Shown: positions 48,187 through 58,762 of the stretch, piece by piece
Layout: each line of letters begins with the position of its first letter
How positions within the stretch are numbered: position 1 is the stretch's first letter
Source of the DNA: an uncultured delta proteobacterium
GTDB lineage: Bacteria; Desulfobacterota; Binatia; UBA9968
NCBI GenBank assembly: GCA_963816145.1
Contig: CAWFJP010000031.1
Coordinates: 288,001 to 352,000 of the forward strand
DNA length: 64,000 nucleotides
Direction of reading: 5' to 3'
Position numbers and translations under genes: made by a program
The notes under the pieces: generated by a model
Told to the model about the DNA's origin: nothing
What the model saw: the letters and a program-made list of their open reading frames with translations, nothing else
Database searches by the model: none

Positions 48187-49074
48187 ATGGAACTAAAGAT
48201 CAATGCAACGATCGAACTCAATGACGGCCAGGCGATTCCGCGGTTCGGCTTGGGTGTTTGGCAGATCAGCTCGGGCAAGAGCTGCGAGTCGGCGGTGTGC
48301 GCGGCGCTCGACGCCGGCTATCGCCATATCGACACGGCGGCGTTTTACGGCAATGAAGAGAGCGTCGGCAACGCGATCCGCGACAGCGGCATCGCCCGCG
48401 AAGAGATCTACGTCACCACCAAGCTGTGGAACAGCGCCCACGGCGATCCCGGGCAAGCGCTGGAACGCAGTCTCAACAAGCTCAAAATGGATTACGTCGA
48501 TCTGTACTTGATCCATTACCCGGTGCCGGAGCGGCTGCGCAGTTGGCGTGTGTTGGAAGGCTTGCGCGCCAGTGGCAAGACCCGTTCCATTGGTGTGAGC
48601 AATTTCACCATACGGCACTTAACTGAATTGCTCGCCAAGGGCGAGACGGCGCCAGCCGTCAATCAGGTGGAGTTCCATCCGTATTTGTATCAGCGCGACT
48701 TGTTGGAGTTTTGCCGCAAGAACCATATCGTCATCGAGGCTTACAGTCCGTTGACCCATGGTGAGCGGCTCGCCGACCCTAAGCTGGTAGCGATCGCGCG
48801 CAAGTATTCAAACAAGGCAGCGATGGCCGATGCTGCGTCGTCCGGTTTTCTCAACAAGTTGAATCGAAACGCCGGCGCTAAATCAACGGCGCAGATCCTG
48901 ATCCGCTGGGCCTTGCAGCACGATGTGGTGGTGATTCCGAAATCGGCGAACCGTCAACGGATCGTTGAAGATGCCGATGTCTTCGACTTCGCGATCAGCG
49001 CGGACGACATGCGGACGCTCGATGGCTTCGATGAAAATTTGCGGACTTGCTGGGATCCGACCCATGCGCCGTAA
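48187..49074 (+). CDS. Aldo/keto reductase (AKR5/DkgA-like)
   Basis: GYRHIDTA..YGNE, TTKLWN, LYLIHYP, IGVSNF, VIPKS. Confidence 0.93.
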   Translation: MELKINATIELNDGQAIPRFGLGVWQISSGKSCESAVCAALDAGYRHIDTAAFYGNEESVGNAIRDSGIAREEIYVTTKLWNSAHGDPGQALERSLNKLKMDYVDLYLIHYPVPERLRSWRVLEGLRASGKTRSIGVSNFTIRHLTELLAKGETAPAVNQVEFHPYLYQRDLLEFCRKNHIVIEAYSPLTHGERLADPKLVAIARKYSNKAAMADAASSGFLNKLNRNAGAKSTAQILIRWALQHDVVVIPKSANRQRIVEDADVFDFAISADDMRTLDGFDENLRTCWDPTHAP

Positions 49075-49327
49075 GCATGCGATGTACGGGGGCTTAAACT
49101 GCAATATTCGATTCGCACCGGTTAGTTCTTGTTGACGCGCTCGATGACACCGTTCTTTAGCAACGGACGGTGCCGTTGTCGGCGATGTGTTCGGCTCGAC
49201 GGCTGTTTGGTGGCGTAAGGGCTAGGTTCAGCGTGGTGCTCGCGCGTGGACGGGTAAATAGATTCCCGAATGGTCGCGAACCTTTAATGATCGATCATCC
49301 TCGCAGTAACGCGTCGACGCTCTGGGA

Positions 49328-49489
49328 TTATCTCTCCCAGTTCTTGCGCATCCACAGTCCGGCGCTGAATACCGTGATGCCGATGGCGGCGAGAAAGTAT
49401 TCAATCCCGTAGCGCGGCAGAAAATAGGCTTCCAGCAGGCCGATGCCGTAGAGCGTTAAGATGATGAAACTATGTCGGAGTAATCTCAT
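49328..49489 (-). CDS. 53-aa two-TM microprotein (not in ORF track)
   Basis: MRLLRHSFIILTLYGIGLLEAYFLPRYGIEYFLAAIGITVFSAGLWMRKNWER. Confidence 0.6.
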   Translation of the reverse strand: MRLLRHSFIILTLYGIGLLEAYFLPRYGIEYFLAAIGITVFSAGLWMRKNWER

Positions 49490-49502
49490 GACCCTCATCA
49501 GC

Positions 49503-49517
49503 GCAGGATTTGTACCA
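49503..49517 (-). promoter_or_regulatory. Candidate sigma54 promoter TGGTAC-AAATC-CTGC
   Basis: GG-N10-GC ending 13 bp before ATG 49489; lacks the TCGAC enhancer. Confidence 0.45.
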
Positions 49518-49786
49518 ACTCTACTCTTTGGGAAATCTTGTCACGATTCGGCGTTTTTTACAATAAAAGATGACGACCGCGGCGACGCATTCTGCCCGAT
49601 ATGTCGAATGTGACAGTGATTGCCTACGATTGAGACAGAATAGGCGAAGGCATTTCCCGGCGCAAGGTTAAGCAAGCGACGAAATTGACTTTATCGGTAC
49701 TGAAACGAATGTTTCAGACCTTCCAATCGCAAACTCGTTCATCTCCGACGCCATAGTCTTGCCCAACACGCTGCGCGACAGATCTT

Positions 49787-50317
49787 TTAAGGTGCGATCG
49801 ACCCGTCGCCGAAGGTATCGCCAAGCCCGCGGCTCGGTGCAACCTTGCCGCCGAATAGTTTCTTAGCACCTTTACCTTGATTTCCTAAGTCGGTGCGGAA
49901 ATCGTAGAGATCGAATGGGTAACCGCCGGGGGAAGTGTTGAACTTGGAAAGTCCTTGGTTAATCGGTTGAAAACTTTCGGTCTCGGCGCGGATCGTCGCG
50001 AGCGCCATCAGGACCATTGTTTTGTCGCCCAATGCGCGCTCGACCAATCCCTGCAGCACAAATGGCAGATTATCGCGAATGTTATCCACCGGCGTGACTG
50101 GAAATATCTTCGACATCATGGTCACCGTGAGGCCGGGAATCACCGAGGGTAAGTTATCGTTGGCGGCCAGCCCGAAATCGCCATCGATGCGGCCAGGGTT
50201 AAAGCCGACTTTCTTCAGATTGGATTGCAGCTTGGCAACGGCCCGGCCGGTGGACCCTTCCTTGAGAACGAAAGGATTACTGCGCGCACCCTTCAAACGT
50301 AAATTGGATTTTGCCAT
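49787..50317 (-). pseudogene. Decayed peptidoglycan-binding domain plus GH19-like glycosidase
   Basis: LKEGSTGRAVAKLQSNL...GRIDGDFG (half PG-binding domain), MALATIRAETESF, YDFRTDLGNQG, then homology is lost. Confidence 0.65.
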
Positions 50318-50437
50318 TTATTCTCCTTGCCGAGTCGATACCAATAAATCGATGCTTCCGGCATCAACACAGCCGGAAAAATCGCTGCCGGTTCCGGGGT
50401 AATCATTGATACCGATACAGAGCGCATATTCTGCCAT
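50318..50437 (-). pseudogene. N-terminal remnant of a caspase-like (peptidase C14) protein
   Basis: Hand translation MAEYALCIGINDYPGTGSDFSGCVDA...; lacks the His-Cys dyad region. Confidence 0.72.
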
Positions 50438-50771
50438 GTGAAATACCTTCATAGTTCATGTGATTATTTGTTCCTATTTCGGATCTGCTGACTTGTTGAG
50501 GTTGATTCAGCAACTGCGATGTCAGGCTTCTTAATGTTAGCGAGCTTATCGCAACGGCGCCGATCTCGCCGGAATCTCACTCGATTATACCGACTCGAGA
50601 CATCCCATGCGGCGCCGCGCGGTAACTTTTGTTACGCGCTAGTGAATCCGTTTATTGCGTTGGTGCCTCGCCCACTACTTATCGCCCGGGTTTTATGACG
50701 CTACAACTTTAACTGAACTATGTTAGGCTGATTCGGTCTAGTATTTTATCTCAAATCTTGAGGAATCGGGC

Positions 50772-50984
50772 ATGAAAATTTCCATCAAGAAAGTCGTCCT
50801 TCCCCGCGAAGCGATGGCGATCCCCATCGGTGGCGGTGACCCGGAAGCGATCAAAGTTACGACCAAGCTAGTGCGCGACACCGGTTTCGATCCGGTGCTG
50901 GGCGGCAACCTCGAACGGTCGCGGCCGTATGCCCATGGTGGACCGTTGTACAGCCAGGAGATCACCGCCAAAGAGATGCAATAA
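50772..50984 (+). pseudogene. C-terminal fragment of an NADPH-dependent F420-reductase-like protein
   Basis: AIPIGGGDPEA...LVRDTGFDPV.GGNL; Rossmann N-terminus absent. Confidence 0.55.
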
Positions 50985-51838
50985 CGGCTCAATACCTTCA
51001 AGTGAAAAAATCATTGGGTCGACGGGGCCGCAGCATGTGGACAGGCTGCAACCTCGAATAACGGTGGACCAACATTTGAAGTTATATAAAATCGTCCTCG
51101 CAACGTTGCTATTTTTTAGTTTGATACTGCACGCGCGGATGCTCTGGTTCCAATGGTCCCATGTCTCGTCTGGTTCAGGAGATTTTATTGCTTATTATAC
51201 CGCGGGAAAGATCCTGAACTCAGGCAACACTCGCGATCTGTCCAGTTTCGAGATCCAAGAAAAAATTCAACAGCAATTGGCCTTGCCTGGCCAAAAGATA
51301 TTTGTCCCATTCTATCATGCTCCATATCAAGCGCTTCTGGTCGCGCCGATAGCGCGATTACCCTATCCTACGGCACGTTTGGTGTGGGCCGCGCTGAATC
51401 TAGCGTTATTGTTCATAGTTTTTGTCCTTTTGGTAAATATCCTGGGCTCTACGCACAAGTTACTTGACGGACTTATCCTAACGGCCACCTATCCAACCTG
51501 GATTAATTCAATACAGGGACATGATGCGATAATGTCTACATTAATCCTGGTAGCAGTGTTTGACTGCCTAAAAAATCATAGAGAAGGCCTCGCCGGGTGC
51601 ATGCTCGCGCTAGGTTTGTACAAGCCGCAACTTGTTTTGCCACTCGGTGCCATGGTGTTGTACAGCCGACAGTGGGGAATCGCACGCACTTTCGTAATTG
51701 CCGGTTTCTTCCTTGCGTGTGTTTCAGTTTTAATGTTGAGTTGGCAAGGAGCGATTGACCTTTTCCGCATTGTGATTTCCGGTGAGATCCGCGGCACTTT
51801 GACACAAGCCAGCCATATGCCAAACATAAAGGGGCTAG

Positions 51839-53420
51839 GAGTTTGCGCTGCAGAAACGATCGTTTTTAGCAGGCCGGATGTGATGGCAGCAACAGCAGAG
51901 CAAGATTTTACCTCTCGGTTAACCGCTTGGTGCAGCGCGAACCACAACCAACTCAAAAATGGCGTCGCGCATGCCTATGACACCTCAGCAAGCCGTGGAT
52001 ATTTAGAATTGGAGCGCCCACATGCGGCGCAGGTTGAGCGCCAGACACACCAAGCCCCACTCGCCCGCGACTTTGTCGATCCCTCGTAAACTGAATTGAC
52101 GAAACCCCATCGCATGCTTGATCCAACCAAATACCGGCTCCACGATCGCTTTGCGCCGCCGATAGTGCGCTTGACCTTCTTTGCTGGCCAGCCGCTCGGC
52201 CATGCGCACCGTAGCGGGATACAGCTTGGGATCAATCGCCGCTTGATCTTTTCCCTCCCGCCCCAACGCCACCAACACTTCCATCCCCTCATAATTTTGC
52301 GTTGCCAGTTTCGCAAAGCCATCTTCGGAGCGAAAACCCGCATCGCCCAACACTCGTTTGGGCAGAAGGCCGAGATTCTCCTTAACCGCTTCCACCATCG
52401 GCACCAATTGCTCGTTGTCCGCCGCGTTGTTGCCCAGCCCAATCGCCACGATCAGCTGACTGTCACCATCGACCACCGCCTGCGCGTTGTAGCACTGTTC
52501 AAAACTCCCGCCCATCTTCATGATGCGCGACTGGGGATCGGTGAAGTTATCCTGCGCTTTGTCCTGGGGTACCCCGAAGGGCCGCTTGAACGGCCGCCCG
52601 GCTCCATCCCCTCGGCGCTGCTCATCATCGGGATGGCGCCCCCGCTCCCGATCGGCTTGAGCTTGGCGCTCTTCCAAGCGTTGCTTGGCCGCTTCAATCT
52701 TGGCCAAACGATCTTGCCGTCTTTTGAGCTCCTGGGGCAGCGGCTCTTCGCTCTGATCCGCTCCCCATTGTGCGTCCTCTTGAACGTCGGTCTGTTGCGC
52801 TCGCTCCAACAGCGCTTCGATCTCCGCTTTAAGCTTTTGTTCTTGTTCCTTCATCCGCCCGTAGCTCATCGCTTTGTGCTTGCTCGCCTGCGCTTTGACT
52901 TTGGTCCCATCCAACGCCACCGTCCCAAGCTTGACCAATCCCATCTCTTTGGCCAGCCGCGCCACCGCGACAAACAACTCTTTAAGCTCTGGCAAATGCC
53001 TCATCCGAAATTCACAGATCGTTCGGTGCGATGGAAAATTGCCTGCTCCCAAGACCCGAAACCCTACGTCCTCGTAAAGCTTTCGCGCCAGCTGGCGCGA
53101 AGAGAAGACTCGGGTGGCATACCCGTACACCAACACCTTGACCAACAGCGCTGGATCGTACGGCTGGTTTCGCCGCCCGTCTCCTTCGTAGCGGGCATAA
53201 AACTTCCCCAACTCCAACCGATCGATGATCTCGCTGACGAAATACACCAGATGATCTTCGGCCAACCACTCCGACGGCGAGGGCGGTAGCAAAAATGTCT
53301 GATTCGGCTCGTAGGGAAGAAAAGATGTCGACATCTCCACCTCACACTCAGCGCAACATTTCTTTTCCTTATACGCCCTTGCGAATCAGAGACAAGAATA
53401 TTTTTCTGCGGCGCAAACTC
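51839..53420 (-). mobile_element. IS1182-family insertion sequence, 1582 bp, CTAG target duplication
   Basis: Terminal IRs GAGTTTGCGCTGCAGAAA / GAGTTTGCGCCGCAGAAA (17/18); CTAG at 51835-51838 and 53421-53424. Confidence 0.92.
52003..53340 (-). CDS. IS1182-family DDE transposase
   Basis: DUF772-like N-terminus (YGYATRVFSSR), ALDGTKVKA, NFTDPQSRIM, YNAQ, GDAGF, YRRRKAIVEPVFGWIK. Confidence 0.93.
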   Translation of the reverse strand: MEMSTSFLPYEPNQTFLLPPSPSEWLAEDHLVYFVSEIIDRLELGKFYARYEGDGRRNQPYDPALLVKVLVYGYATRVFSSRQLARKLYEDVGFRVLGAGNFPSHRTICEFRMRHLPELKELFVAVARLAKEMGLVKLGTVALDGTKVKAQASKHKAMSYGRMKEQEQKLKAEIEALLERAQQTDVQEDAQWGADQSEEPLPQELKRRQDRLAKIEAAKQRLEERQAQADRERGRHPDDEQRRGDGAGRPFKRPFGVPQDKAQDNFTDPQSRIMKMGGSFEQCYNAQAVVDGDSQLIVAIGLGNNAADNEQLVPMVEAVKENLGLLPKRVLGDAGFRSEDGFAKLATQNYEGMEVLVALGREGKDQAAIDPKLYPATVRMAERLASKEGQAHYRRRKAIVEPVFGWIKHAMGFRQFSLRGIDKVAGEWGLVCLALNLRRMWALQF

Positions 53421-53866
53421 CTAGCAAACGTTATTACCGCGATGATTTCGGTGGTTCTTTTGTGCGGCTGTGCTCGTCTGTGCAAAGACGGTTTCGGTCC
53501 CGCCGATCCCACACTTGAACTTAAATATTCCTTCGCTTTGGTGACCACGCTGCTAATCAATTTTCATTCCCATGCTTACGAGTTCATCGTCCTGTTGGCT
53601 GCTCTAATCATCCTGTTTGACTATGTTTTAAAGGTGAAACCCAAGCTGCGCTACTTTCGCCAAAGCATTCTAGTTGTCTTATTCATAATCTGCATACCGA
53701 TAATTCCTAACGTCCTCCAGAGCTACGAACTGATCAGTATCTACGTGTTACCCGTGCTGGCTTTGTATTGTTTCATTGGATTGGAAATCCGTAAGTGGCA
53801 GTGGTGCCAAGCGGGTTGACGGTTCCCAAGGACCCAAAAACTCAATTGGCACGAGTAATTTGGCAA

Positions 53867-54601
53867 ATGCGCCACGTAAGTCCAAGGAAGAATCCTACAC
53901 GTAAGCCGAGTGAAAATTGGTTTGAGAGTGCCGACGGGGTGAATCTCTTCTATCGCCATTGGCCGGCTCGGACGGATGGGGGTGAGCGGGCGATAATCTT
54001 GTTTCACCGCGGCCACGAGCAATCGGGGCGTTTACAGCACCTCGTCGACCAGCTGGGTTTCGAAGATTTCGCCGTTTTTGCCTGGGATGCCCGCGGCCGT
54101 GGCCGCTCGCCCGGCGCCCGCGGCTACGCCGAGAGTTTCGGCCAATTGGAAAAGGACGTGGACTGTTTCGTTAAACAGGTCTGTCTCTATTATCGGATTC
54201 CGGCGGAGATCCTGACGATCCTGGCGCAGAGTGTCGGCAGTGTGATCGTTGCCGCTGGCGTGCGTGATTAAGCGCCGAAGATCCGTTGCATGGTGCTGGT
54301 GTCGCCGGCGTTCAAAGTGAAACTTTACGTGCCGCCGGCGCGCCTGGGCTTACGGGTGTTGTTGCTGCTGAAAAATCACGCCTTTGTGAAAACCTATGTC
54401 AAGGTGAAGTTGCTAACCCGTGACCCGGCGCAGGTCGCCTCCTATGAAAACGATCCGCTTTTTTTCCGACGCATCGCCGTCAACGTTCTGTTGGACCTGG
54501 ACGATGCCGGCAGCCGTCTGATCGCCGATGCCGCGGCGATTCACACGCAAACCCAGTTGTTGATCTCCGGCGCCGACTGGGTGGTGCATCGCCGGCCGTG
54601 A
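53867..54601 (+). pseudogene. YnbC-like alpha/beta-hydrolase remnant
   Basis: LFYRHWP, FHRGHEQSGR, AWDARG.G.SPGARG, AQSVG; nonsense TAA at 54269-54271 in RD*APKIR; truncated before the methyltransferase domain. Confidence 0.8.
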
Positions 54602-55143
54602 GTCATCGTGAAATCGATGGTGACTCCTCGTGGCTGGCGGCGTCGTTGTGGATGCTGTGTCTCGGCTGGCTATTTTTTCTCGTCTACGGCTTGTGTAACT
54701 TGTTCGCCTCGCGGCTCGCCGATGTGCCGTCCTACTATTATGCTTGGGAGCGGCAGATTCCGTTTGATTCAGCGTTGATCGTGCCGTATTTCACCATCGA
54801 TCTCTTCTACGCCGGCTCGGTGTTTCTTTGCCGTGACCGGCGTGAACTCAATACCCATGCCACTCGCACCGTCACCGCGATTGTGATTTCCGCCGCGGGG
54901 TTTCTTCTCTTTCCTCTGAAGTTTGTTTTCGAGCGTCCGGCGGTGGCCGGGGTTCACGGGTTTTTCTTCGCGCTCTTGGAGGGAATCGATAAGCCGTCTA
55001 ACCGAGTGCCGTTGCTGCGTGTCAGTTGGTTGATGATTGTGAGGATACGCTACGCCGACCGTCCCGCCGGGCTGTGGCGGCGAGCGCTGCATGTCTGGTT
55101 TGCGCTGATCAAGCCGGTTTGTCGCGCTGCGCAAATCGCATAA
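54598..55143 (+). pseudogene. YnbD-like PAP2/dual-specificity phosphatase N-terminal remnant
   Basis: FFLVYG.CN, WERQIPF, IVPY.TIDLFY, FLLFPLKF.FERP, DKPSN..P; runs into the convergent gene. Confidence 0.72.
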
Positions 55144-55720
55144 TTAGAAACATCAAAACCAAGCCAGCGCCGAATGCGCCCACGCCGATGTACCAAAGCA
55201 TTTCTTTGTACTCGTCCAACAGGGGATTGTTGAAGACGTTGGTCGATAGATGCAGCGATAGCAATTTCCATTGGCCGTCGACCCTGGCCATGATGCCCGA
55301 CCAGTTGGAGTTGAACTTGAAGACGCCGCGCTTCCACGGAAAAAATTCATCGGCAGTGGTGCCGTCGGCGACGGCGATATCGCCGTAAAATTTCGCCGGT
55401 GCGCCGAGCCTGGCCTTGGTGAGATACTTTTTGAGAATCGCGCCCTCGCCGCCGACCATGCGTTGGTAGTAGGCTTTAATGTCGGCCTTGCCGCGGGACA
55501 CTTCGGCGTTGAGCCAGGTCACGGTGGCATTATCGTCCATCTGTGCCAGCATGCGGTCGATGTTCTGGTCATTGATCCCGTTCTCGACTTCGGTCATTAG
55601 ATGCAGCAACTGCTTGCGGTCTTCGGCGTACGGGTCGGCATCCGCGGCGAAAGCGCTTCGTTCCGCTATTGCTGCGATTGCCGCCAAAAAGAACAACGTC
55701 CGGCACATCGGAACTTTCAT
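55109..55720 (-). CDS. Exported SnoaL/NTF2-like protein with C-terminal TM
   Basis: Signal peptide (AFA-AD), GQWKLLSLHLS, C-terminal hydrophobic anchor. Confidence 0.78.
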   Translation of the reverse strand: MKVPMCRTLFFLAAIAAIAERSAFAADADPYAEDRKQLLHLMTEVENGINDQNIDRMLAQMDDNATVTWLNAEVSRGKADIKAYYQRMVGGEGAILKKYLTKARLGAPAKFYGDIAVADGTTADEFFPWKRGVFKFNSNWSGIMARVDGQWKLLSLHLSTNVFNNPLLDEYKEMLWYIGVGAFGAGLVLMFLIMRFAQRDKPA

Positions 55721-55941
55721 CGATCCTCCACTGAAATAATTCATCTCGCATTACATTCAAAGAATCGTTACGGTTCAGGCCTTGGTTACTCAAGCGGTGG
55801 CGACAATTCAACTCATATCACAAAGCTCAAAGGCTTCTCCCAGTTTCTTCCGCAGCGCGAAGTCAACGGCGATCTCGGCGCTCACCGTCATTCTTCTCCG
55901 GCCGCCAAAGTTCGGCTAAAGTAAACTCTGGACGGGTTTGC

Positions 55942-56523
55942 ATGAGGGAATTCCTAGTCATCGGCGCCCTGCTTATTGGCGCATATTTCTGGAGCGGTCG
56001 CGAGATTAGCCGGCCCGCCGGGGTGCTCGTGGCGGAGGAGCCCGTTCAGCGGCAGGTTTACACCTCGTTGTTTCACGAGAAGCATGGCTACCAGATCACG
56101 TTCCTGGCCAGCTTCGATATCCGAGCGCGAGTGATCGCTGCCAAAAGATATCGGTTCGATCGCGGCGCGGCGCTATCGCCGGTGGATCTTGCTTTGGGTT
56201 GGGGAGCGATGTCGGACAGCGCGGTCTTGAAGCAGATCAGCATCTCCCAAGGCGGGCGCTTTTATAGCTGGTGGGCCAAGAGTTACCCGGTGCCGAAAGA
56301 TATCATCGAGACTCACAGCGCCAACATGCACATGATTCCCGCCAACGGTGACATAGAGCGCACCCTGAAATCGGTCCGTGCCGGCAATTTGGTTCATATT
56401 AAAGGATACCTGGCTGAGGCCAGCAACAAGGACGGCTTCCGCTGGAAAAGCTCGCTGACGCGCAGCGACACCGGTGCGGGCTCTTGCGAGTTGATCTGGG
56501 TCGAGTCGCTGGAGACTTGGTGA
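55942..56523 (+). CDS. Conserved hypothetical protein
   Basis: LSPVDLALGWG.MSD, HSANMHMIPA, WKSSLTRSDTGAGSCE. Confidence 0.75.
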   Translation: MREFLVIGALLIGAYFWSGREISRPAGVLVAEEPVQRQVYTSLFHEKHGYQITFLASFDIRARVIAAKRYRFDRGAALSPVDLALGWGAMSDSAVLKQISISQGGRFYSWWAKSYPVPKDIIETHSANMHMIPANGDIERTLKSVRAGNLVHIKGYLAEASNKDGFRWKSSLTRSDTGAGSCELIWVESLETW

Positions 56524-56605
56524 GGGTCACCGGTGGCAGAACTTCTAGACATTGCACTGCGCTTGGAGTAAACCGCGCTTAACCATTTCGCGCGTGGGAG
56601 CCAAC

Positions 56606-57610
56606 ATGCGAGCAATCACTCAGTGGATGTCAGGTGTCGTTCTAATCATCGGTTTACTGATGCCGCCGACTGGGACTTTTGCCGCGGAGTCGGCGCTTAA
56701 AGTCGTCAACGTCTCGGTGCCGTCGGTGTCGCTGTTGCAGTCGCCGCTGTTTGTCGCCATCGACAGCGGCGCCTTCAAGAAATACGGCATGGAGGTCCGC
56801 TACATTGTTGCGGGCGCGCGCAGCATTCAAACGTTGATTAGCGGATCGGTGAATTTCTCCCAGGGGGTCTCCAGTCGCACCGTTCCCTCTGCGGTGCTGG
56901 CCGGATTCGGTGCGGTATTGATCGCCAATTTCAGCGACAAGTTTCTGTTCACCCTGCACAGCGCACCGGAAATCAATTCGCTGCAGGATTTGAAAGGCAA
57001 AATCATCGGAGTGTCCGGTCTCGGCGGCAGCACGGACTTCGCCACCCGCGTGGCGCTGCGTGAAGCCGGGTTGATTCCCGACAAAGATGTCATGATCCGC
57101 GGCGTCGGCGGTGTGCCCGAGACTGTGGCTGCGCTGCGCGCTAAATTAGTCCAGGCCGGCACACTGTCGCCGCCGTCGTCGTTCGTGGCGCAGAAGGCGG
57201 GTTTCAAGATGCTCTTCGACATGACCAGCTTGGGTGTTGACTACATATCCTCCGGTCTCGGCGTCAAAAAGACCTGGCTCGCCGCCAATCGGTTGGAGGC
57301 GAAGCAGTTCGTCATGGCGATGATCGAAGGAGCGAAAATCCTCACCACCGATGAAGAGTTTGCCATGCGGGTGTTGGCCAAGCACACGCGGATTTCCGAC
57401 CGCGAGGTTTTGAAGCAGAGTTACAACTATATGAAACCGTATTTTCTCAAGGCGCCCTATCCCTCGACGCGGGCGATCAAAGATACCCTGGATGCTCTGG
57501 CCAAGGATCTGCCCAAGGCCAAGGATGCCGACCCGCGCGACTTCGTCGATCTATCGATCGTCAAGGAAATCGAAGCGAGCGGTTTCATCAATAGCATGTA
57601 TGGCAAGTGA
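56606..57610 (+). CDS. SsuA/NMT1-type ABC substrate-binding protein
   Basis: Signal peptide, GAFKKYGMEV, DLKGKIIGVS..GGSTD. Confidence 0.88.
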   Translation: MRAITQWMSGVVLIIGLLMPPTGTFAAESALKVVNVSVPSVSLLQSPLFVAIDSGAFKKYGMEVRYIVAGARSIQTLISGSVNFSQGVSSRTVPSAVLAGFGAVLIANFSDKFLFTLHSAPEINSLQDLKGKIIGVSGLGGSTDFATRVALREAGLIPDKDVMIRGVGGVPETVAALRAKLVQAGTLSPPSSFVAQKAGFKMLFDMTSLGVDYISSGLGVKKTWLAANRLEAKQFVMAMIEGAKILTTDEEFAMRVLAKHTRISDREVLKQSYNYMKPYFLKAPYPSTRAIKDTLDALAKDLPKAKDADPRDFVDLSIVKEIEASGFINSMYGK

Positions 57611-57611
57611 C

Positions 57612-58762
57612 ATGATGCCCCGGTTCATTTCGGCCGACGATCACATCGATCTCCGCTGGCTGCCCAAGGATCTGTGGAGTGAACGATTGCCGGCGCGCCT
57701 GCGCGATCGCGGGCCGCGGGTGATTGAAAATGACAACGGCGCTTATTGGAGTTGGGAAGGTCGGACTTTTAGTCCCCATGGTTACTACACTGCGGCGCAA
57801 GGAAGCGGCGCTATGTGGGCGATCGAGCGCGGCGGTGTCATGCGTCCCGGCGAACTGCGTCCGACCACGGCGGAACTGCGCTTGAGTGATATGGACCGCG
57901 ACGGCGCCGAGGTCTCGATCATGTACGGCCCCACCGATCCGATGGCGATCGCCGACCCGGAACTGCGCCGGTTGTGCTCCAAGCCTACAACGATTGGTTG
58001 AGCGAGTTCTGCGCGGCGCGGCCGGCGCGGTTGATCGGCGTGCCGCAGTTGTCGATGGAAGATCCGTTGGCGGCGCGCGACGAGCTGGCGCGTCTGGCCA
58101 AACGCGGCGGCCTGCCCCATGTCAACATTCTTGCGTCGCGCGCCCAGCCGCCGGTGTACGATGACGCTTGGGAGCCATTCTGGGCGCTGGCCGAAGAGAT
58201 CGGCATTCCCATCGGCTTTCATCTGGCGGTGGTGGTCAAGAAAACCCGGCTCGATGAAGCCCAACGCAGCGCGGCGAATTTGGTTGTCACGATTGCGTCA
58301 CAATACGCTCAAGAGCCGCCCGGCATCCAATTGCTCGAATCGATGACCGGAGTGATTTTTAACGGCGTCCTCGACCGCCACCCGAAGGTGAAAATCGTCA
58401 TGGCCGAAGCCGGGCTCGCCTGGGTGCCGAGCATGATCCAGGGTCTCGATATCTGGTACCAACGCAGCCGCGACGGCCGCCGGTTAACAGGCGAAAAGCC
58501 GCCTGCACTGCCGAAAAAATTGCCGAGTGAATATTTTCACCGGCAGATATGGATCAGCTTTGTCGACGATCCGCTGGGCGTGAAAATGGTCGGCAACGTG
58601 CTCGACGCCGACAAGGTGATGTTCGGTTCCGACTATCCCCATCCGGCCAGCACCTGGCCCAACTCGCAAGCGGCGATCGCCGCGCAGATTGAATGTTTGC
58701 CCGCCGCGACCGTGCAAAAAATTACCCGCGACAACGCGCGGTCGTTGTTTGGAATTCCTTGA
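57612..58762 (+). pseudogene. Amidohydrolase_2 family protein split by a single-base frameshift near 57978
   Basis: ISADDHI in one frame; AYNDWL, FH, MAEAG and FGSDYPH in the next; may be a sequencing error. Confidence 0.8.

Larger units (their letters stand above)
51064..53819 (+). pseudogene. Glycosyltransferase family 87 (DUF2029) gene interrupted by an IS
   Basis: GDFIAYY, FYHAPYQ, IQGH, LGLYKPQL, MPNIKGL | ANVIT...HSHAYE; removing the IS and one CTAG restores the frame; start approximate. Confidence 0.85.

Noticed and set aside
52096-53289. 397-aa plus-strand ORF inside the IS
   Set aside because: Antisense shadow of the transposase with no recognisable motifs.
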